This document shows, one piece after another, positions 42,443-50,703 of a DNA stretch of 50,703 nucleotides. The stretch covers positions 1 through 50,703 of the forward strand of contig WRLB01000002.1 in the NCBI GenBank assembly GCA_009777815.1, given 5' to 3'. A model generated the notes under the pieces. That model was not told where the DNA came from. It did not search any database and saw only the letters and a list, made by a program, of their open reading frames with translations. This DNA is from Bacteroidota bacterium. GTDB lineage: Bacteria > Bacteroidota > Ignavibacteria > Kapaibacteriales > UBA2268. The position numbers and the translations under genes were made by a program. The stretch's first letter is position 1. The number at the start of each line of letters is the position of its first letter.

Positions 42443-45400
42443 CTACTTTGTAACTATAAACATTAAACTGACTATAGGATTAAACGGATTGTTAAATATA
42501 ATTAGATAAGAACCCGCTGAAATATCACCTAAATTAATTTCTTTTATTGTGTTGCCTTGTGCTAATTTAATTATATCTGTTATAATTATTTTGCCGTCAA
42601 TATCAAATATCTCTACATCTACAACAACGTCACCTGTTGCATTAAAATTAAGTTTTAGTGTGTTATTATGTATAGGATTTTGCTCTATTTCTACATCAAA
42701 CTCGCCTACAAATATAATACCACCACGCCAATCACTGCCGCAAAAATTAGACACATCCAAATATCCTTCCAACAACGTTAAATAATTACATTGTAACGTG
42801 TTTATTATGTCAAATTTATTGAAAAATACAGGCGTAGCAGTCGGAAGCGACATCAATGTCATTCCTTCCAAACGCAAAAATCTTTCACCTGTTTTGAAAT
42901 CATAATGACCAATTTTAGCATCAATTCCTGTAGCAAAACTAAAATTAAAATCAAGCGGATATTCTATATCATCACTTACTAAAAAGAGTTTTTTCGGAAC
43001 AAATAATTTATAATCCATTCCTATGTTAAAATGAACACTATCAAAAATCAATTCACGACTAATGCTTTCAATTGTAGCAGTTAAAGAAATTGTATCATCG
43101 GGAGTTTTATTCATAACACTATCCCAACGAATAGTAATAAAAACTTCTGTATTTTCAAACGTTGCAATCAAAATGGAATCGCTAACCATCATCACTTCCA
43201 GCGGATTAGAATTAGAAATAAAATTGTTATTTATGTCTACCCATTCTTTAAATATGTAGCAACTATTCGGCTCGGCAGTAATTATTACTACTTCATCGCA
43301 ATTTCTTATGCTAACTCCATCGGGCTGAACGCTACCATTACCATCGGTGCGAACATCCAAAATATATTTTATTTCCTCAAAATTTGCTATTAAAGTCCAG
43401 TTTCCGTCCATCAATATAGTATCAGTTAATTTGGTAGAAATAACGTCACCTGTTATGCTATCTGTCCAATTTATAAATCTATAACATTCGTTCGGAATTG
43501 CTATATATTCGGCATATTCGCCGCACTCAAATATGCCTGAACCTATTGTTGTGCCGCCCTCTTCGGGATTAGGTTTCGTTATTAAAGTAAGAGATTCTAT
43601 AACAAAATTAGCGATTAGTGTCCTGTTTCTGTTCATCAATATAGTGTCAGTTAGTTTTGTAGAAATAACGTTCCCTGTTATGCTATCTGTCCAATTTGTA
43701 AATATGTAACAGGCATTCGGAATTGCTTGGTAGATAGCATATTCATTACAATTAAATACGCCTGAACCTATTGCTGTTCCGCCTTCTTCGGGATTTGCTT
43801 TTGTTATTAATTCAAAACTATTTATTATGAAATTTGCAATTAAAGTGTAATCCCTATCCATAAATATAGTATCAATTAGTTTAGTAGAAATTTCTTGTCC
43901 CGTTGTGCCATCTGTCCAATTTATAAATGTATAGCAGTCGTTAGGAATCGCTTCGTATATTGCGTATTCGTTGCACTCAAATATGCCTGAACCTATTGCT
44001 GTTCCGCCTTCTTCGGGGTTTGCTTTTGTTATTAACTCAAAATTATTTTTTATAAAGTTTGCTATCAAAGTATAGTCCATATCCATCAATATAGTGTCAA
44101 TTAAATTTGCTGAAACCTCTTCACCTGTTATGCTGTCTGTCCAATTTATAAATGTATAGCAGTCGTTAGGTATTGCTTCGTATATTGCATATTCTCCTTC
44201 TTCGTATTCACCTTCACCGATTAATGTTGCTGAACCTTCGGGATTATCTTTTAATACTAAATTAAATATACGAGGAAACAAATCACAAGGTTTACTAATA
44301 TCTGCAATAGTAATCGGAATAGTTTTCTTTACATATCGCCAATCTGTAAATATTCCTGAATACATTACATCTTCGCCTAATTTTTCTAAAAAAACTATAT
44401 CATAAATGCTATCTTTTGGAACTATACTTACATTATCATAAGTTTTAGTCCAGACAACATTATTTTCTATATTTACAGAAAAACATTTGCGAATATTACA
44501 ATGCACATCGTATCCGTGTGACCTGTAATTAAAAGGATGTTGCGTTGTATCTTCATCGTCTAAATACGCAGGAGAACGGGCTATTTTTGCTATTGTATGA
44601 TTTTCTAAAAATTTTAATGTAGGATATAAATTATCGGCATATACCCAATCCTCATCTCCTAATTTATCTTGCAACTCCCAACCTATCATTTCTTTTGTTA
44701 GGTGTCCTTCTGCCATTCCTAATATATCTTCATTTCTAATTCCGCCATATATACACATTTGCTTGTCGTAGTGATTGTTCTGTAAACTAAGCATTGCACC
44801 ATCACCAAAACTACTTACAACAGCACCGATTCTATTATTACTAGGCGAATAAATAATTACTCCCGTATTTATACAATTTCTTATTTCACCATCAATTTCG
44901 GGATGTCCTAAAATACCTCCTATATATTCAGGAGATATATCTCTAGATATGTATGCATGAACCCCTACAATCAATCCACTATTAACACAATTAAATATAT
45001 CGGTATTACCTCTAAAAATGTCGTAAATTAGTTTTGATCTAAGATCTCTTGCTCCTCCACCTGCAATTCCACCACCATAATTAGTTGAAGTTATTGTTCC
45101 GATATTAATGGAATTATTAATTTCTACATTTTGATGAAAATGCCCAGTAATACCGCCAACACAATAAACACCTACAATATTACCACTATTGGCACAATTA
45201 GAAATAACTGCTTTAGGTCTTGTTCCTTCCAGATTTGCACAACCAATAATTCCGCCTATCGTCTCACTACCCTTAACATCACCATAATTAGTGTTATTTG
45301 TTATAAAAACAGAATGATAAGTACGAAAGTTTGATAAAGCACTTCCGCCAATAATTCCGCCAAGGAAAGATATAGTTCTTTCATTATTGCCTGAAATATA

Positions 45401-46048
45401 TCCATAATTAGTGCAGTTAGAAACTTCGGAGTTAGTTGTTTGTTTTTCATAACTATAAATCTCTATGCCACCAACAATTCCGCCAACTAAATATGCTCCC
45501 CTAATATTTGCATAATTAGTGCAATTAGAAATTCTACTTTCAAAAGCAGAACCAACAACTCCACCTACACGACCAGAACCATAAACATAACCATCTACAG
45601 TTAAATTACGAATATTTGCACCTGCAACAGAACCAAATAAACCAATATAGTCATCTCTAATCTTATTAATAGCCAAGTTAATTTTATTATAATTTCCGTT
45701 AAAATTTCCTTGAAAAGAAAGATAACTATGATACTCATAAAATGGGTATCCAGGTACATTATAATATACACCACGAGCAAACATAGCTTCCCCGATAATA
45801 GTGCTAATAGGTTCGTCAATATCATTCATAAGAATAAAATACTTGTCTCTGCTCCAGTTATAATCAGTAATAGAATCATTTAAGGGCGAATAAGCAACCA
45901 ACTCTGCTAAAATTTCTAAATGTTCTTTTTGTGTAATTTGGTATGGGTCGTATATTGTTCCTGCTCCGCCGCCGAATTGTGCATTTGCAATTTGCGGCAT
46001 AGCAAAAATCAAAGACATAACTAAAATTATTTTTATTTTCATTTTCAT
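42443..46048 (-). CDS. Large secreted T9SS cargo protein with GLUG-type repeats and five InlB-B-repeat-like domains
   Basis: Signal peptide, about 10 repeats around (V/I)GG(I/V)(V/I)G, 75 aa repeats (NPEEGGT..GSG.F...EYA.Y.AIPN.CY.F.NWTD...LIANF) and a C-terminal T9SS-like beta-sandwich. Confidence 0.85.
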   Translation of the reverse strand: MKMKIKIILVMSLIFAMPQIANAQFGGGAGTIYDPYQITQKEHLEILAELVAYSPLNDSITDYNWSRDKYFILMNDIDEPISTIIGEAMFARGVYYNVPGYPFYEYHSYLSFQGNFNGNYNKINLAINKIRDDYIGLFGSVAGANIRNLTVDGYVYGSGRVGGVVGSAFESRISNCTNYANIRGAYLVGGIVGGIEIYSYEKQTTNSEVSNCTNYGYISGNNERTISFLGGIIGGSALSNFRTYHSVFITNNTNYGDVKGSETIGGIIGCANLEGTRPKAVISNCANSGNIVGVYCVGGITGHFHQNVEINNSINIGTITSTNYGGGIAGGGARDLRSKLIYDIFRGNTDIFNCVNSGLIVGVHAYISRDISPEYIGGILGHPEIDGEIRNCINTGVIIYSPSNNRIGAVVSSFGDGAMLSLQNNHYDKQMCIYGGIRNEDILGMAEGHLTKEMIGWELQDKLGDEDWVYADNLYPTLKFLENHTIAKIARSPAYLDDEDTTQHPFNYRSHGYDVHCNIRKCFSVNIENNVVWTKTYDNVSIVPKDSIYDIVFLEKLGEDVMYSGIFTDWRYVKKTIPITIADISKPCDLFPRIFNLVLKDNPEGSATLIGEGEYEEGEYAIYEAIPNDCYTFINWTDSITGEEVSANLIDTILMDMDYTLIANFIKNNFELITKANPEEGGTAIGSGIFECNEYAIYEAIPNDCYTFINWTDGTTGQEISTKLIDTIFMDRDYTLIANFIINSFELITKANPEEGGTAIGSGVFNCNEYAIYQAIPNACYIFTNWTDSITGNVISTKLTDTILMNRNRTLIANFVIESLTLITKPNPEEGGTTIGSGIFECGEYAEYIAIPNECYRFINWTDSITGDVISTKLTDTILMDGNWTLIANFEEIKYILDVRTDGNGSVQPDGVSIRNCDEVVIITAEPNSCYIFKEWVDINNNFISNSNPLEVMMVSDSILIATFENTEVFITIRWDSVMNKTPDDTISLTATIESISRELIFDSVHFNIGMDYKLFVPKKLFLVSDDIEYPLDFNFSFATGIDAKIGHYDFKTGERFLRLEGMTLMSLPTATPVFFNKFDIINTLQCNYLTLLEGYLDVSNFCGSDWRGGIIFVGEFDVEIEQNPIHNNTLKLNFNATGDVVVDVEIFDIDGKIIITDIIKLAQGNTIKEINLGDISAGSYLIIFNNPFNPIVSLMFIVTK
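43151..44266. repeat. Intragenic tandem repeats of about 225 bp (5 copies, middle ones highly similar)
   Basis: LITKANPEEGGTAIGSG recurs at aa 672 and 747, with the variant LITKPNPEEGGTTIGSG at aa 822. Long stretches are identical at the DNA level. Confidence 0.85.
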
Positions 46049-46124
46049 AACGATTAAAATATATTTTTATACAAAATAACAATAAAAAATGAAATATACT
46101 TATGTATCTTATACAGCAAGTATT

Positions 46125-46148
46125 AACACGGGGATTAATCCCCGTGTT
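46125..46148. repeat. Hairpin element AACACGGGGATTAATCCCCGTGTT
   Basis: Identical to 24672-24695. Confidence 0.8.
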
Positions 46149-46330
46149 TTTTACTCGTATTTACCAATAATTTACTCGTATTTGCTAATTTTATGACCAT
46201 TTTTTGCTATATTGTCACTTTGGCATCAGGGACATAATAACTCTATTTTTATTTTCATAATTATAAAGATACAACATTTCTTTGTAACATCTGTATATTT
46301 ATAACGCTTACAGCATCATACTTTGCCATA

Positions 46331-46372
46331 CCACAAAAAATAAAACGGCTATAAATTGCTTCATAGCCGTTT
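46331..46372 (-). terminator. Rho-independent terminator after tRNA-Leu
   Basis: A 10 bp stem AAACGGCTAT/ATAGCCGTTT followed on the minus strand by TTTTATTTTTT. Confidence 0.75.
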
Positions 46373-46373
46373 G

Positions 46374-46457
46374 TACTCCAGATGGGACTTGAACCCACAC
46401 GTTGTTGCCAACACAGGATTTTAAGTCCTGAGCGTCTACCAATTCCGCCACCGGAGT
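46374..46457 (-). tRNA. tRNA-Leu (anticodon TAA)
   Basis: The reverse complement folds as ACTCCGG-TG-GCGG-AATTGGTAGA-CGCT-CAGGA-CTTAAAA-TCCTG, then a long variable arm, then GTGGG-TTCAAGT-CCCAT-CTGGAGT-A. It has an A1-U72 pair and discriminator A, and CCA is not encoded. Confidence 0.9.
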
Positions 46458-46506
46458 ATGTTAAGTGTAAAAAACAAAAAACAATAAGTTTAACGTTTCA
46501 CAAATT

Positions 46507-46514
46507 CAAAAATA
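46507..46514 (-). promoter_or_regulatory. Full TTTG-N20-TATTTTTG promoter for tRNA-Leu
   Basis: The reverse complement of 46505-46550 reads TTTGGAAATTAGAAATAAAAAAGTTATTTTTG. The box lies 50 nt upstream of the tRNA 5' end. Confidence 0.55.
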
Positions 46515-46639
46515 ACTTTTTTATTTCTAATTTCCAAATTTTTTATTTTTTTCACAGAAATAATGTTTGTTTAATAAAATAACGTATTTTAAACAAGTAA
46601 ATATTAGAAAATCTTTTTTAAAATTATATAATTTCAATA

Positions 46640-48781
46640 ATGAAAAAATATCTGACAATCGCATTAGCATCAGGAATGATTTTCGCAAGTTCCTGCTCAA
46701 AAAATGATGCAACCAGTGATGCAGACGCATCTGAAAATCCGTTCTTTACTGAATGGACTACTCCGTTTGGTGTTCCCCCTTTCGATAAAATTAAAGTAGA
46801 ACACTATCGTCCTGCAATGGATTCGGGCTTCAAAGCACACGTAGAAGAAATTGAAGCAATAACCAATAATCCCGATGAGCCGACATTCGAAAACACAATA
46901 TTGGCTTTAGAACATTCAGGCGAATTGCTTAATAACGTGGCTACCATCTTTTATACTGTTAATCTTGCTGATGGCAACGAAGCAATGAAAGAAATAGAAG
47001 CCGATTATGCCCAAAGGTTCACATCTCACGCCGATGAGATAAATATGAACGAAAAACTATTTGAAAGAGTTAAAGCAGTGTATGATAAAAGAGAACAATT
47101 AGGTCTTGACTCTGATGATACTCGCTTAATAGAACACTATTACAAAAACTTCGTTCGCGGTGGAACTAATTTATCTGTTGATAAAAAAGCAGAACTAAAA
47201 GAAGTCAACAATAAGATTTCCGAACTTACTACTAAATTCGGACAAAAGATGTTAGCAGAAAATAATGCTTTCAAAGTTATTGTTGATAAAGAAGAAGACC
47301 TTGCAGGTTTGCCTGAATCAAGTATCACGGCTGCTGCTGAACTTGCAAAGAAAAATGACCAAGAAGGAAAATGGATGTTTAATACATCTAAACCAAGTTG
47401 GATCCCTTTTATGCAGTTCGCCGAAAGTAGAGAATTGCGTGAAAAAATGTATATGGGGTATGTTAATCGTGGTAATAATAACGATGAAAACGACACCAAA
47501 GACATTATAGAGCAAATTGCAGTATTGCGAGTAAAAAAAGCAAATTTGCTTGGCTATAAGTCCTGGGCTGACTATATTATTAGCGACAATATGGCTAAAA
47601 CATCTAAAGCAGCAAATGATTTAATTCAAAAAGTTGCTAAAACAACTATCCCGTATGCTAAAGCAGAAGCATTAGAATTGCAAAAAATGGCTGAAAAAAT
47701 GGGACATAATATTAAAATTGAGCCATGGGATTGGTGGTATTACACCGAAAAACTTCGGGCTGAAAGATACTCGCTCGACGAAGAAATGATTCGTCCATAC
47801 TTCTCACTTGAAAATCTTAAACAAGGTGTATTTGATTTATCAACTAAACTTTTTGGTTTAAAGTTCAGAAAACTTGATAATATGCCTGTCTACAATAGTG
47901 AATGCGAAGTATATGAAATACTAAATCCTGATGATACGCATCTATCAGTAATTTATTTTGATTGGCATCCTCGTTCAACTAAAAAATCAGGTGCTTGGAT
48001 GAGTTGTTATAGAGAGTCATATTACAAAGATGGTGAACGAGTTGCACCAATTATAACTAATGTTTGCAACTTTACACGTCCTTCAGGTGATGTTCCTGCA
48101 CTTATAAGCATTGACGAAGCAGAAACATTATTTCACGAATTCGGTCACGCTTTACACGGAATGTTTGCGAATACTAAATATCGCTCCACATCTGGCACGA
48201 ACACTCCTCGCGACTATGTTGAACTTCCATCGCAAATAATGGAAAACTGGACTTGCCATCCTGAATTCATTAAAACATGGGCTAAACATTATGAAACAGG
48301 AGAACCAATTCCTGATAGTTTAATAGCAAAAATAGATGCAAGTTCTAAATTTAATCAAGGTTTTGTTACTCTTGAACTAATTGCTGCTGCTATACTTGAT
48401 ATGGATTGGCACACAATTACAGATACTATAAAACGCAATTCTATTACGTTTGAAGCCGAATCAATGAAAAAAATGGGACTAATACCTGAAATACTTCCTC
48501 GTTATAGTAGTTGGTATTTTGGTCATATATGGAGCAGTGACTTTGGTTATTCTGCGGGTTATTATGGCTATACTTGGTCGGCTGTATTAGATGCCGATGC
48601 ATTCCAGGCATTCGTAGAAACGGGTGATATTTACAACAAAGAAGTTGCTACTAAATTTAGAGATAATATCTTAATGCTTGGCTCGTCTCGCCCAGCAGAT
48701 CAATTATATCGTCAATTTAGAGGCAATGATCCTTCATCTGATGCATATTTCGTTAGAAAGGGTTTTGTAAGCAAGAAATAA
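46640..48781 (+). CDS. dcp: M3-family peptidyl-dipeptidase (Dcp-like), lipoprotein
   Basis: Lipobox FASSC. The zinc site is LFHEFGHALHGMF, and the full-length architecture matches M3A. Confidence 0.92.
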   Translation: MKKYLTIALASGMIFASSCSKNDATSDADASENPFFTEWTTPFGVPPFDKIKVEHYRPAMDSGFKAHVEEIEAITNNPDEPTFENTILALEHSGELLNNVATIFYTVNLADGNEAMKEIEADYAQRFTSHADEINMNEKLFERVKAVYDKREQLGLDSDDTRLIEHYYKNFVRGGTNLSVDKKAELKEVNNKISELTTKFGQKMLAENNAFKVIVDKEEDLAGLPESSITAAAELAKKNDQEGKWMFNTSKPSWIPFMQFAESRELREKMYMGYVNRGNNNDENDTKDIIEQIAVLRVKKANLLGYKSWADYIISDNMAKTSKAANDLIQKVAKTTIPYAKAEALELQKMAEKMGHNIKIEPWDWWYYTEKLRAERYSLDEEMIRPYFSLENLKQGVFDLSTKLFGLKFRKLDNMPVYNSECEVYEILNPDDTHLSVIYFDWHPRSTKKSGAWMSCYRESYYKDGERVAPIITNVCNFTRPSGDVPALISIDEAETLFHEFGHALHGMFANTKYRSTSGTNTPRDYVELPSQIMENWTCHPEFIKTWAKHYETGEPIPDSLIAKIDASSKFNQGFVTLELIAAAILDMDWHTITDTIKRNSITFEAESMKKMGLIPEILPRYSSWYFGHIWSSDFGYSAGYYGYTWSAVLDADAFQAFVETGDIYNKEVATKFRDNILMLGSSRPADQLYRQFRGNDPSSDAYFVRKGFVSKK

Positions 48782-48789
48782 TTTTTTTC

Positions 48790-48866
48790 TCGTCATTTTT
48801 TATAAATGACGAATGTTTTTTGTTTTTTTTCATAACTTTACACACTGCTTCGGCAGTGTGTTTTTT
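48790..48866 (+). terminator. Two consecutive rho-independent terminators
   Basis: TCGTCATT/AATGACGA followed by T-runs, then ACACACTGC-TTCG-GCAGTGTGT followed by TTTTTT. Confidence 0.8.
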
Positions 48867-48946
48867 ATGTAATTTTTTTATTAATAAAAATGTTATATTG
48901 CATATTTAAAATTGCAATAAATTAAATATCATCATAAATAATTGTT

Positions 48947-50703
48947 ATGGATAAAAATAAATCTGTATTCGAAACAATAGACGGAAATGAAGCAGCCGCT
49001 TATATTATGTATCGCACAAATGAAGTATGCTGTATATATCCAATAACTCCGTCCTCTTCTATGGGAGAGTGGGCTGACGAATGGTCAGCAAATAAAGTAA
49101 AAAATATTTGGGGCGATGTTCCTACAGTTATAGAAATGCAAAGTGAAGGCGGTGCTGCAGGTGCTGTTCATGGTTCTTTGCAAGCAGGAACTCTAACCAC
49201 AACTTTTACTGCATCACAAGGATTGTTGCTTAAAATTCCTAATATGTATAAAATAGCAGCAGAATTTACTCCTACTGTGTTTAATGTATCCGCAAGAACA
49301 TTAGCAGCACATGCCCTTTCTATCTTTGGTGACCAAAGCGATATAATGGCAGCAAGGCAAACGGGATTTGCTTTTCTTGGTTCTAATTCGGTGCAAGAAG
49401 TTATGGACTTAGCACTGATTGCACAGGCATCAACATTAGAATCGCGTGTTCCGTTTCTTCATTGGTTTGATGGTTTTAGGACTTCACACGAGGTTCAAAA
49501 AATAGAAATCATTAGCGATGAAATTATTAGAGAAATGATAGACGAGGACTTGGTTAAGGCACATCGTTTGCGTTCTATGACTCCTGATAGACCTGTGCTT
49601 CGTGGCACTTCTCAGAATCCTGATGTGTTTTTTCAACATAGAGAAACGATAAATAATTTCTATACAGCGTGTCCTGATATAATACAAAAGCAGATGGATA
49701 AGTTTGCAAAATTAACAGGCAGGCAGTATAATTTATTTGATTATGAAGGAGTAGAGGATGCTGAACATATTATTGTAGTTATGGGTTCGGGTGCAGAAAC
49801 TGTTGCTGATACTGTTCATTATCTTAACACTCAAGGAGAAAAATATGGAGTTGTAAAAGTTCGTGTTTATCGTCCTTTTGATGTAGAAAGATTTGTAAAA
49901 GCACTACCGAAGTCCGTAAAAACAATTAGTGTTCTTGATAGAACAAAAGAAGCAGGTGCAATCGGCGAGCCACTTTATCTTGATGTTATTTCTGCGTTGC
50001 ATAATACATCTTGCTACGGTGGTTATAGGTTAGATAATTTTGAAGAAAGTTCTTATAAAAAGTTTTCTAATCTAAAATTTATACTTGGTGGTCGTTATGG
50101 TTTATCATCAAAAGATTTTACACCTGCAATGGTTAAAGCAGTATTTGAAAATGCAAAATTAGAGTCACCTAAAAATAGTTTTACTATTGGTATTGATGAT
50201 GATGTGACTAATACAAGTTTAGAGTTTGATGAGAACTTTTCTATTGTATCGGATAAAGTATTTAGGGCAATGTTTTATGGATTAGGTGCTGACGGAACGG
50301 TAGGAGCAAATAAGAACTCTATTAAGATAATTGGTAGTTCAACAGATTTTTATGCACAAGGTTATTTTGTATATGATTCTAAAAAATCAGGTGCAATAAC
50401 AACATCGCATTTAAGATTTGGTCCAGAACCGATTCGCGCTCCTTATTTAGTTTCACAAAGTAATTTTATTGCTTGTCATCAGACATCGTTTCTTGAAAGA
50501 TATGTTATGGTTTCTAACTTAAAAGAAGGTGGTATTTTCTTGTTAAACTCGCCGAAAAGTAAAGATGAAGTTTGGAATTCATTACCAAAAACAACACAAG
50601 AAATAATTATCAAAAAGAATGCAAAACTATTTGTTATTGATGCACAAAGTGTAGCAGAAAATAGCGGAATGGGAAGAATGATAAATACAATAATGCAGGC
50701 ATG
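48947..50703 (+). CDS. nifJ: Pyruvate:ferredoxin (flavodoxin) oxidoreductase, N-terminal part (runs off the window)
   Basis: The frame is open from the ATG at 48947 to the window end. IDGNEAAAYIMYRTNEVCCIYPITPSS.MGEWADEW...EMQSEGGAAGAVHG is the PFOR domain I signature. It is absent from the ORF track because it has no stop. Confidence 0.93.
   Translation, partial: MDKNKSVFETIDGNEAAAYIMYRTNEVCCIYPITPSSSMGEWADEWSANKVKNIWGDVPTVIEMQSEGGAAGAVHGSLQAGTLTTTFTASQGLLLKIPNMYKIAAEFTPTVFNVSARTLAAHALSIFGDQSDIMAARQTGFAFLGSNSVQEVMDLALIAQASTLESRVPFLHWFDGFRTSHEVQKIEIISDEIIREMIDEDLVKAHRLRSMTPDRPVLRGTSQNPDVFFQHRETINNFYTACPDIIQKQMDKFAKLTGRQYNLFDYEGVEDAEHIIVVMGSGAETVADTVHYLNTQGEKYGVVKVRVYRPFDVERFVKALPKSVKTISVLDRTKEAGAIGEPLYLDVISALHNTSCYGGYRLDNFEESSYKKFSNLKFILGGRYGLSSKDFTPAMVKAVFENAKLESPKNSFTIGIDDDVTNTSLEFDENFSIVSDKVFRAMFYGLGADGTVGANKNSIKIIGSSTDFYAQGYFVYDSKKSGAITTSHLRFGPEPIRAPYLVSQSNFIACHQTSFLERYVMVSNLKEGGIFLLNSPKSKDEVWNSLPKTTQEIIIKKNAKLFVIDAQSVAENSGMGRMINTIMQA

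Noticed and set aside
46149-46190. Two-copy 21 bp direct repeat (TTTACTCGTATTT(A/G)C(C/T)AAT) upstream of the large T9SS gene
   Set aside because: There are only two imperfect copies in an AT-rich spacer, which is insufficient to distinguish from chance or a trivial duplication.
46382-46730. ORFs 46382-46582 (+) and 46527-46730 (-)
   Set aside because: The first runs antisense through tRNA-Leu and its promoter. The second overlaps the promoter region and the 5' end of the dcp gene on the opposite strand. Both are low-complexity.
1-50703. Mobile genetic element machinery (transposase, integrase, phage or conjugation genes) and defence systems with known signatures
   Set aside because: None of the ORFs of at least 60 aa shows DDE, tyrosine or serine recombinase, Cas, restriction-modification or toxin-antitoxin hallmarks that I can recognise. 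The only nuclease-fold candidates are the two coiled-coil paralogs reported above.

Overview
This is a visibly AT-rich 50.7 kb bacterial chromosomal segment. I can support about 38 protein-coding genes and 2 tRNAs (Arg-ACG, Leu-TAA). I recognise no rRNA, CRISPR array, transposase or integrase. Lineage signals point to an anaerobic member of the Bacteroidota/Ignavibacteriota (FCB) group: two cargo proteins with type IX secretion C-terminal sorting domains, recurrent TAnnTTTG promoter boxes, many lipoproteins, a PFOR (nifJ), a BcrAD-type activase and an [FeFe]-hydrogenase-like protein. Gene content is a mosaic of housekeeping genes: rpsG, ilvE, queE, rsmG, psd, lpxK, nuoH, cheB, a mutA-like gene, an RND pump, a LolE-like permease, a GH57 branching enzyme, M1 and M3 peptidases, and a partial nifJ. 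Many of these normally sit in operons but appear here as singletons with their own promoter and terminator. Observations worth a second look: (1) a ferredoxin plus H-cluster-domain protein fused to a very short chemoreceptor signalling tip; (2) a 220 bp array of AT-rich perfect palindromes phased every 20 bp; (3) a family of GC-rich nested palindromic elements filling most intergenic gaps, with one copy inserted in frame inside the GH57 gene and another forming the 5' end of the lpxK frame; (4) a 1001 bp segment carrying an outer-membrane-protein gene, bounded by 62 bp perfect direct repeats that duplicate the 3' end of the GH57 gene; (5) two paralogous coiled-coil plus PD-(D/E)xK-fold proteins, one with a perfect in-frame 3 x 33 bp repeat; (6) a two-copy ~80 nt element that folds as a cloverleaf; (7) a tandem array of 22 bp hairpin units; (8) a Cys-rich micro-protein paired with a CcdA/DsbD-family membrane protein. 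All functional calls rest on motif recognition by eye. No database search was run.
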